A DNA stretch of 64,000 nucleotides from contig NC_058369.1 of assembly GCF_018350175.1 (NCBI RefSeq), positions 12,216,001-12,280,000 of the forward strand, read 5' to 3'. This stretch comes from Felis catus (taxonomy: Eukaryota). The position numbers and the translations under genes were made by a program. This document shows positions 50,634 through 61,200 of this stretch, one piece after another; position 1 is the first letter of the stretch, and each line of letters begins with the position of its first letter. The notes beneath the pieces were generated by a model, which saw only the letters and a program-made list of their open reading frames with translations, had not been told where the DNA came from and searched no databases.

Positions 50634-50761
50634 GGGGCACCCACATGGCTCCGTCAGTTAAGCGTCCGACTTCAGCTCAGGTCATGATCTCTGCGGTCCA
50701 TGGGTCCGAATTCAGCATCAAGCTCTGTGCTGACAGCTTAGAGCCTGGAGCCTGTTCCAGA

Positions 50762-50810
<49 letters not shown>

Positions 50811-50880
50811 TCCCCCTCTCTGTGCACCTCCCCCACTGGCATTCTCTCTCTTTCTCTCAAAAAGTGAACATTAAAAACAA
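50634..50880 (+). mobile_element. CAN-SINE with internal (TG)n expansion (about 50765-50808)
   Basis: Seen directly. Confidence 0.9.
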
Positions 50881-51179
50881 TTACAAATAATGTCGAGATT
50901 ACAGTCAGCTCCTCTAGAGGATCCCAACACCTCTGAGTGTATGAAGAGGTGAAAGTGCAGAGAACACCACCAAGACAGGATGGAAATAGAAGGAAAAGAG
51001 CATGAAGGTCTGAAGGGGAAGAGAGGAAAGTCAAAACAGAAAGAAAGGGAGAAATCCTGAAAAAACAGGGAAAACCAAACGCAGACCAATGTAAAAAGGA
51101 AGGCTGGGGAAGAAGGAGCCATGGCTTGAGAAAGAAAAGGAGACACCACCAGCGAGAAGGATCAAGAGGTAAGCACACG

Positions 51180-51640
51180 GGGGGCTCCTGGGTGGCTCAG
51201 TCGGTTAAGTGTTCGACTTCAGCCCAGGTCACGATCTCACGGTTCGTGGGTTCGAGCCCCACGTCAGGCTCTCTGCTGACAGCTCAAAGCCTGGAGCCTG
51301 CTTCAGATTCTGTGTCTCCCTCTCTCTCTGCCCCTCCCCTGCTCATGCTCTGTCTCTCTCTGTATCAAAAATAAATAAAAACAGGGGCGCCTGGGTGGCG
51401 CAGTCGGTTAAGCGTCTGACTTCAGCCAGGTCACGATCTCGCGGTCCGTGGGTTCGAGCCCCGCGTCGGGCTCTGGGCTGATGGCTCAGAGCCTGGAGCC
51501 TGTTTCCGATTCTGTGTCTCCCTCTCTCTCTGCCCCTCCCCAATTCATGCTCTGTCTCTCTCTGTCCCAAAAATAAATAAAAACGTTGGAAAAAAAAATT
51601 TTTTTTTTAAATAAATAAAAACATAAAAAAAAAAAAAAAG
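51180..51640 (+). mobile_element. Nested SINE pair (young copy in the tail of an older copy)
   Basis: Outer TSD aagaggtaagcaca flanks both copies. Confidence 0.9.
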
Positions 51641-53459
51641 AGGTAAGCACATGGCCTCAGCCACTCCCCGGCTGGCTGCTTCCTCCTGCCTGGTGCACTT
51701 GCCCCACACTGTCACTGGGGGAGTCTGTCACCCTCAGCTCCCAGGGGCCTTAGACGGCAGTGCCCGCCATCACACCCCGTGTGACCTCCTGGGTTTAAAC
51801 CTCTGGCGTCTTTCCAAAGCACATCACATCTCCTCAGAGGAGGTAAGGCCGGCAGAGGAAGCAAAGTCAGGCAGGCTGTTTGTCAAGGGGACAGTGGCCG
51901 GATCCTGACAACACATCCCGTGCCGGTGGTTCACGGGAAGGGAATGCGCAGGCCCCAGGGACCTCCACCTTGATGGCAAAGATCCCCTTCCCACCAATAA
52001 TCAGAGAGTCTGAAATGCATTGCCAGTGGGATTTTTTTTTTTTTTTTTTAAGATCTCACGGCAGGCAAGAAAGAAGTTTCCAAGCTGCTATAATTCCAGG
52101 ACAAAAGTTACGGTATTGGGGGCATACAGAGTCAACGACTGCCCCAAACTTCCCAAATGCTTCTGTGCTACTGGATCCACAATCAAGAAAAACAAGACCC
52201 TGAAAAGCCTCTGCAGCACCAGACCCAAAGCTCCAACCGTCTGTGCTAAGGGCTCATCCCCCAGGCATTCTGTGGCCAGGTTTTAATCCCACATGATCCA
52301 CAGGTGACGGAAAAACCACTGGAGAAGCCTCGACTATTCCTCTCTTTGGAAGTCGATTTAGTGAAGCTGGGACAAAGACCGCAATTAGAGGTTTTGATTT
52401 GATTACTCACACTTCAGCTACTGCAAAAGCCGAAGGGGAGAAAGAAGGGACACCACCAGATCTAATTGGTACTTGCTCTCACCACACTGCCTCAGCCTGG
52501 GGACGGGTGGAGTCAGGTCTGCAAGCTGCCCGATGCGCCACTGAAGACACCTGCTGCTAGCCAACACCATGAACCTCCCGAAGACAGGCAGTCTATGTGG
52601 CCAGCTCCTGGGCAAGACCTCCGTCACAACCAGCTCGCAGCGTCACAACTAGCAGGCGCAGGCAGCGGCTCCCAGAGGGAGTGTTGCAGCTGCTGGGGCA
52701 GGGCGCGCTGAGAGTGGACACCTGCACTGTTTGCTTTTGTTTGACCCCAGACAAAGCCTGGGGCACACACAGAAAGGGGGGACGGGGCTTTCAGTGTAAG
52801 AGGCTGCGGAGAGCTGGGCGAGGTCTTAGAAAATGGAAGCAGGACAGAGCCGGCCTGGGACGGCAATCTCCTTCACCAACTCACTCTGCTAAGGGGCCAG
52901 CTTCAACTTACAGTGACCGAATCATTGATGAGGTTCAGTCAAAAGTTTGATTTTGACCTTTCAGTTGCTTGTCGTATCTTAAAATACACAGAGATAACAT
53001 GAAAAGTTCCTGTGGCCTCTTTGCTCTCTCCTCCAGCCTAGATGCACTTTACAAGCGGGGATGACAGGGAGGGGAGCGTAGCAAGGAGTTCACACCCTTC
53101 TGTGGGGTGGGCTTTAAAACACCACAGTTCATGTGAGCACATGCAGTTTTAAGGCTGGGGAAACGCAGCTCGAGATGAAGGAAGGACACAGCAGAACCAC
53201 TTTGGAGGGGAAATCTTCTGAAGATCGGGGTTCCAGCCACTCCTAAGTCTCCCAGGATTGAATTCACCCAGTTCAGATCCCCACTTTTGTCCACAGGCAG
53301 GACCCTACCTAAATCCTTATGCCTGGAACCAGGAGAATTCCCACTCTTCCAGGAAAGGATGTGCTCTCGTGCAAAACAAAGCAAACAATTGCCAGCCTTG
53401 CTCATTTCAAAATGGCATTCTTTAAAGGAAACTAGTTTTTGTTTTAGGACTTTTAAGTT

Positions 53460-53550
53460 TTCTTTTTTTTTTATTTATTTATTTTTGAGAGAGAGAGAGA
53501 GAGAGAGCACACAAGCAGAGGAAGGGGGGGGAGAGAGAGAGAGTGAGAGA

Positions 53551-53588
<38 letters not shown>

Positions 53589-53712
53589 CCCAAGCAGGCT
53601 CTGCACTGTCAGCATAGAGCCTGACACGGGGCTTGAACTCACAAACCGTGAGACCATGACCTGAGCCGAAATCAAGAGTCAGATGCTTAGCCAACTGAAC
53701 ACTCAGGTGCCT
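53460..53712 (-). mobile_element. CAN-SINE, minus orientation
   Basis: T tail, (GA)n, reverse-complement head. Confidence 0.9.
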
Positions 53713-54171
53713 CTGTTTTGGAACTTTTTAAAAAAGGTTTAATTTCTTGCACTAACAAATAGGGGATCACATTTATGAAGCACTCACTGTTTTCCATCCA
53801 GTACCTCATTTAATCCTCCAACCACACTACAGCACAGGTACCCAATGTACAGGTGCTAAGACTGAGGTTACCTTGCCTAGGGTCACAGAGCCAATGAGTG
53901 ACAGAGCCAGAGGAACACCCAGGTCACGTGGCCCTAACCTACTCTGCATGCTGCAAAAATAGCCCAGGCAGCTGGGCCCTCGGGAACAGCACAGCCTCCC
54001 AAGCATGGTAGCCTGGGAAAATGCAGACTCGTGATTATATGACTGTGCATTTTATTCCAGTGAAGAGGTCAGACTGCAAGGCTCAACTCGCGTACATAAA
54101 CCGACTTGAAAACCAGCACAGCCTGTCACTGATTTCCCCAAGAAAGCCAAGACCCCATAATGGCTGTATCT

Positions 54172-56860
54172 ATCTACCTGTCTTTCTTTCTCTGTCTTTC
54201 TTTCTTCGTTTCTTTCTCTTTCTTCTTTCTTTCCTTCTTTCTTTCTTTCTTCCTTTCTTTCTTTTCTTTCTTTCTTTCTTTCTTTCTTTCCTTCTTTCTT
54301 TCTTTCTTTTTTTACTGTCAGATATCTTCTTTTTTTAAGTTCCAGTGTAGTTAGCACACGTGTTTTGTTAGTTTCGGGTGTACAATATAGTGATTCAACA
54401 GTTCTATATACTACTCAGTGCTCATCAAGATAACTGTACTCTTTAAATTTTTTTTAATGTTTATTTCTTTTTGAGCGAGACAGAGCATGAGCAGAGGACG
54501 GGCAAAGAGAGAAGGAGACACAGAATCAGAAGCAGGGTCTAGGCTCTGAGCTGTCAGCACAGAGCCCAACGCAGGGCTTGAACTCATGAGCTGCAAGATC
54601 ATGACCTGAGCTGAAGTGGGATGCTTAACTGACTGAGCCACCCAAGCGCCCCAAGATAACTGTGTTCTTTACTCCCCATCGCCTGTTTCCCCCATCCCCC
54701 AACCTACCTCCCCTCTGGTAACCAACTGTTTGTTCTCTATAGTTAAGAGTCTTTTGGGGGGCACCTGGGTGGCTCAGTCTGTTAAGTGTCAGACTCTTGA
54801 TTTCGGCTCAGGTCATGATGTCACAGTCATGAGACGGACCCCATGTTGAGTTCCACACTGGGCATGGAGCCTGCTTAAGATTCTCTCCCTCTGCCTCTCT
54901 CCTCTGCTCACACTCTCTCTCTTGAAAAAAAAAAAAAAAAAAAAAAAAAAAAGGTTGGGCATCTGGGTGGCTCAGTCGGTTAAGCCTCCAACTCTTGACT
55001 TTGGTTCAGGTCATAATCACACAGTTCATGAGTTCGAGCCCCACGCTGGGCTCTGCCCTGACGGTGTGGAACCTGCTTGAGCTTCTCTCCCTCTCTGCCC
55101 CTCCTCACTTGTGTGAACACTCTCTTTCTCTGAAAATAAATAAATAAAAGTTTAAAAATAAATAATTTAAAAAAAAATTTTTTTTAACGTTTATCTATTT
55201 TTGAGACAGAGAGAGACAGAGCATGAACGGGGCAGGGTCAGAGAGAGGGAGACACAGAATCTGAAATAGGCTCCAGGCTCTGAGCTGTCAGCACAGAGCC
55301 CGACGCGGGGCTCGAACTCACGGACCGCGAGATCATGACCTGAGCCGAAGTCGGCCGCTTAACCGACTGAGCCACCCAGGCGCCCCTAAAAATAAATAAT
55401 TTTTAAAAAAATTAAAATCTCTTTTGATTTGTCTCTTCTTTCCATTGTTCATTTGTTTTGTTTCTTAAATTTCACATATGAGTGAGATCATATGGTATTT
55501 GTCTTTCTCTAGCTGACTTATTTCACTTAGCATAATATACTCTAGCTTCATCCACATCATTGCAAATGGCAAGATTCCATTCTTTCTTATGGCTGAATAA
55601 CATACGCCACATCTTCTTTATCCATCCGTCTATCAATGGACACTTGGGCTGCTCCTTCCATAGTTTGGCTATTGTAAATAATGCTGCAATAAACATAAGG
55701 GTGCATATATCCCTTCAAATTAGTGTTTTTGTACTCGTTGGATAGACACCCAGTAGGATAGTTCTATTTTAAATTTTTTGAGGAATTTCCATCCTGTTTT
55801 CCACAGTGGCTGCACCAGTTTGCATTCCCATCAATAGTGCACAAGGGTTCCCCTTTCTCCACATCTTTGCCAACATTTATTGTCTCTTGGGTTTTTGATT
55901 TTAGCCATTCTGACAGATGGGAGGTGATAGCTTGTTATGGTTTTGATCTGTATTTCTCTGATGATGAGTTATTTTGGAAGAACAAATACTGTTAAAACGT
56001 CTATACCACCCAAAGCAATCTATAGATTTAAATGCAATCCCTATTAAAATACCAACAGCACTTTTCACAGAACTAGAATAAAAAATCCTAAAATTTCTAT
56101 GGAACCACAAAAGACCCCGAATAGCCAAAGCAATCTTGAAAAAAGAAAAACAAAGCTGGAGGTGTCATAATTCTAGACTTCAAGTTATATTACAGAACTA
56201 TACTAATCAAAACAGTATGGTACTGCTTAGATAGATCAATGGAAACAGAATAGAAAGCCCAGAAATTAATCTCTGACAAAGCAGGAAAGACTATGCAATG
56301 GGAAAAAGACAGTATCTTCACAGAAGGTGCTGGGGAAACTGAACGGCAACATGCAAAAGAATGAAATTAGACCACTTTTGTACACCATACACAAAAAATA
56401 AACTCTAAATGGATTAAGGACCTAAATGTGAGACCTGAAACCATAAAGATCCTAGGAGAGAACACAGGCAGTAATCTCTTCAACACTAGTCATAGCAACA
56501 TCCTTCTAGATAGGCCTCTTGAGGCAAGGGAAACAAAAGCAAAAATAAACTATTGGGACAAGGTAAAAATAAAAGTCCTCTGCATGGCAAAGGAAACAAA
56601 CTATAAAACTAAAGACAACCTACCAATGGGAGGAAATATTTGCAAATGGCATATCCAATAAAGGGTTAGTATCCAAAATATAAAAAGAACTGATACAACT
56701 CAACACCAAAAACAAAAAAAACAAAAAAACAAACAAAAAACCCAAATAATCTAATTAAAAATGGGCGGAAAATATGAACAGACATTTCCCTAAAGACATC
56801 CAGATGGCCAAAGCACATGAAAAGATGCTCAATGTCACTCACCATCAGGGAAATGCAAAT
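54172..56860 (-). mobile_element. L1 with an inverted 5' segment, a (TTTC)n-degenerated tail and four nested SINEs
   Basis: Minus-strand L1 3' end (about 54330-55969) abuts plus-strand ORF2 sequence (about 55970-56860); SINEs at 54445(-), 54757(+), 54957(+), 55180(-). Confidence 0.85.
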
Positions 56861-57188
56861 GGTTGTGTTTTTCAACCCAGTTGCCAAGTTTTGCAGGAAT
56901 CAGGCATGTAACACTAAAAGACATCCCGTTCTGAGTTTCTACTTGGAAAACCAGAAGCCGATGCAAAAATGCAGCCCAGTACTCACTTAATAATCCTTGC
57001 ATTTCTGTCTTCCACTTGGCATTAGCTGCCCTCCCTGCTTACAAAGCCATCATCTTGGCTGTGTGCACAGTCATATTCTGCAGCTGAGGAAAGTGGGATT
57101 TAGCTCAGCAGCATTCAAAAAACATCAGAAAACACTGGAGCATCCCTAACTGCCCAGCAACGACCAGTTCTCTCCAACGGCACCATCG

Positions 57189-57190
<2 letters not shown>

Positions 57191-57227
<37 letters not shown>

Positions 57228-57241
57228 CGGGGGGGGAGGGG
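57191..57241 (+). repeat. Poly-G tract (37 G, then further G-rich sequence)
   Basis: Seen directly. Confidence 0.9.
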
Positions 57242-57589
57242 ATCTAAACCCCAGGTAAGGTAAGCATTGCTGACAGAAGGAGAACACTGAGGTGAGAAAG
57301 AGCTTTTTATAAGTCACAAGGAAAAAGACATCTTCATTTAAAAATGAGCAAAGTCAAAGACAAAGGTGACTCAGAAAGAAAAAGATGTGGCAAAATTGAG
57401 GGAAATGTTCAATTTCGGTATTACAAAAGAGAGTGACGCGCCAGCGCCTGCTATCAGTTTGGCGGGGTCAGAGAGAGGTTGCTGGGCAGAGCTAGCAAAG
57501 AGGGAACAAGCATCTTGGGCCCTGCCGGTGGGAAGATGGCCAAGTGGCTTTTCTGGAGGGTAGTGCCACCCCACACACCCCTGATAGGC

Positions 57590-59273
57590 AGGTTTTAACT
57601 TGATTCCTACCAAACCCCAGCAAGATTTTCTGGTAGATAAAAAGAAGGTTATTCTAAAATGTATGGAGACAGGCAAGGGAACCAAAATAGCTAAACAATT
57701 CTGAAAAAGAAAAAGAAAGCAGGAGGAACCAGTCTACCTGATTTCAAGACTCACTATGAGGCTGCAGTAATGGAGGCGGCATGGCAGCGACGGAGGGGTA
57801 GACACACAGGGCCAGGGAACAGAGCCCAGAGCCCAGAAAGAGGCACAGGTGTGCCCAACCAAGAAAGAGGCACAGGTGTGCCCAACCAAGTCCTGACAAA
57901 GGTGCAGAGCCATTTAGGAAAAGGAAAGAGGCCTGTTCCACATACGGTGCGGAAGCAACTAGACATCCAGTGGACATCCAATGGAAGAAAAAGAGCCTTG
58001 GGGCACCTGGGTGGCTCAGTTGGTTAAGTGTCCAACTCTTGGTTTCACCTCAGGTCATGATCTCACGGTTTTGTGAGTTCGAGCCCTGTGTCAGGCTCTG
58101 TGCTGGCACCACAGAGCCTGCTTGGGATTCTCTCTCTCTCTCCCTCTCTCTCTGCCCCTCCCCTACTCGCACTGTTTCTGCCTCTCTCAAAATAAACTTA
58201 AAAAACGAAAAGAGAAGGAAAGAAAAAGAAAAGCAAAGGAGCCTCAACAGAATCTCACACTAGATTTCTACAAAAATTAACTCCAAATGGATCACAGGCT
58301 TAAACGGAAAACTGTAACACTTTTGGGCAAAAACATAGGAGAAAATATTCAGGATCAAGGGCTGGGCAAAGAGTTCTTAGACTTGATACCAACAGCCTGA
58401 CTCATAAAGGAAAAATTGATAAAGTTGGACCTGATCAAAATTAAAAATGTGAAAGACCCTGGTAAGAGGAGGATAAGCCAAGCCACAGAAATATTTGCAA
58501 ATCACAGATCTGACAAAGGATTAGTACCCAGCATATATAAAGAGCTCTCAAAATTCAGCAGCAAAAAAGCAAACAATCAAATGAGAACACAGGCACGAGA
58601 CATTTCACCAAGAGAATGCACAGATGTCAAGTAAGGCCACGAAAAGATGGTCAGCATATGTTGGTCATTAGAGAAAATGCAAATCAGAACCACTTGCAGA
58701 TGCCACCACACACCTATCAGAATGGCCAAAAGAACAGTGACCCCAGTGAGCATGCAGAGAAACTGGACCACTTCCACGTTGCCGGTAGGATGGTAAAAAG
58801 GTACAGCTACTCTGGGAAACAGTTTAGCAGTTTCTTTGTTTTTAATTAATTTATTTTTTACTTTACTTGGCATATGGTGCAGTAATGATTTCAGGAGTAG
58901 AATCCAGTGATTCATCCCCTGTGTGACACCGAGTGAGTGCTCATCCCAACAAGTGTCCTCCCTAATGCCCCTTGCCCATGTAACCCAACCCCCCCACCCA
59001 CAACCCCTCCAGCAACCCTCCATTTGTTCTCTATATTTAAGAGTCTCTTATGTTTTGTCCCCCTCCCTGTTTTTATATTATTTTTGCTTCCCTTCCCTTC
59101 TGTTCATCTGTTTTGTATCTTAAATTCCTCATGAGTGAAGTCATATGATATTTGTCTTTCTCTAATTTTGCTTAGCAAATACCCTCTAGTTCCATCCATG
59201 TTGTTGCAAATGGCAAGACTTCATTCTTTTTGGTTGCCGAGTTAATACTCCATTGTATGTATGGAGTGTGTAT

Positions 59274-59324
<51 letters not shown>

Positions 59325-59995
59325 ACATCTTCTTTACCATTCATCTGTCGATGGACATTTGGAGTTTAGCAGTTTCTTAGGAAGAATTAAACCTGCAACT
59401 GTCATGAGACCCAGCAACTGTCCTGGGCATTCATCCAGAGAAATGAAGACTTAGGCTCACATAACACCCTGTACTCAAATGTTCAGTGCAGCTTTATTCA
59501 TCATCGCCCCAAACTGGAAACACACTAGACATCCTTCAATGAGTTAAGCGAACTGTGACCCCCCCCATGGAAGACTACCTGCCAATGAAAAATGCCAACA
59601 AATGAACTACTGATACACACAACAACCTGGAAAACTCTCTCCAGAGGATTATACTAAGTAAAAAAGGCCAATCTCCAAAGGTTACATGCTACATGATTCC
59701 GTTATACAACATTATTCAGATGCTGAAATTATGGAAATGAACAGATCAGTGGTTACCAGGGGTTAAGGAAGTAAGGGGAGTGGCTAAAAAGGACCAAGAG
59801 GAGGGATCCTTGTGCGGGATGGAGCCCATCTGCATCTGACCCCAGCAATGTCAAAGTCTTGGTTGTGATAGTGTACTACAGATTTGCAAAATGTTACCAC
59901 TGCAGGAAACTGAGTGAAGGATACACAGGGCCACCCTGCATTATTTTTCCAAACTGCATGTAAATCTACAATTATCCCAAAATAAATTTTTAAAA
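57590..59995 (+). mobile_element. Old L1M ORF2/3'UTR fragment hosting a SINE (about 58000-58205) and a younger antisense L1
   Basis: ctacctgatttcaagactcactat and aaaaattaactccaaatggatcac motifs. Confidence 0.82.
58837..59362 (-). mobile_element. Younger carnivore L1 3' end with internal (CA)n
   Basis: Perfect 16-bp TSD agtttagcagtttctt at 58821-58836 and 59363-59378. Confidence 0.9.
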
Positions 59996-60124
59996 GAGAG
60001 TGAGAGAGACAGGAGGCCTCACAACCAAATAACAAGGTCACGTTTTCAGACAATCAGGGAAATTTGAATAGGGACTGCATATCAGTCGGGTAATACTAAG
60101 GAATAATTAAATGTGTAAGGTGTT

Positions 60125-60305
60125 GGGGCTCCTGGGTGGCTCGGTCAATTAAGCGTCCAACTCTTGATTTTGGCTCAGATCATGATCTCATGGTCATGAT
60201 CACATCGGGCTCCGTGTGCTTGAGATTCTCTCTCCCTCTCTCTCTGCCCCTCTCCCACTCATCCATGCATGCACTCTCTCCCTCTCCCTCAAAATAAGCT
60301 TTAAA
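60125..60305 (+). mobile_element. CAN-SINE
   Basis: SINE head and tail. Confidence 0.85.
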
Positions 60306-60968
60306 AATGAATGAATGGATGAATGAATGAATGAATAAATAAACAAATACATAGATAAAATGGTGTTGATAGGGCACTATGGTCATGTAAAGACAAATGG
60401 TCTTACTGTTAGAGATGCATATTGAAACGTGATTTCTGAGATTTAAAATAAAAACCTCAGAAATAAAAATGTATATGGCAGAGGAGGTCAAGGGACGGTA
60501 GACAAGTGCAGAGAGATTTGAAAAAATGACGTTTGTTGTAAACGGGTGGTGAGAAATGGGAGTTCATCACAAACTCTTCCCTCTACTTCGAGTGTGTGTA
60601 AAATTTTACAGAAAGACCGACATTTGATATGTCTCTGCTTTGGCAAGGATCTTAATGGTATAAGCTGCTTCACGTGTTAAGTATGATGAACAAAGAGTAG
60701 CTTTATCACCAGCACTGTCATACTTTTGTCAAAAAGTAAAAACTAGCACTTCTTTAACACACACACACACACACACACCCTTCCACTACTGCAAGGTCTC
60801 CCCTTGGGAGGTCTACCCTGAGGAAGTGATTAACTATGCAGGACGTGGGGAAAGGCAAGAGGGACGTATCAGTTCACCCTGCTTGAGGGCAAGGACTGCA
60901 GGTGACAGCAAAGGTTGAAAACAGGTTAGAAGAATACACCATAAAGAAGTAAAAACAGCAAGGGCAGA

Positions 60969-61200
60969 GGGGCGCCCAGGTGGCTCCGTCCGTCAGTTAA
61001 GCGTCCGACTTCGGCTCAGGTCATGATCTCGCGATTTGTGAGTTCGAGCCCCACGTCAGGCTCTGTGCTGACAGCTCGGAGCCTGGAGCCTGTTTCGGAT
61101 TCTGTGTCTCCCTCTCCCTCTGCCCCTCCCCTGTTCATGCTCTGTCTCTCTGTCTCAAAAATAAATAAACGTTAAAAAAAAAATTAAAAAAAAAAAAACA
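60969..61200 (+). mobile_element. Young CAN-SINE
   Basis: TSD caagggcaga. Confidence 0.92.
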
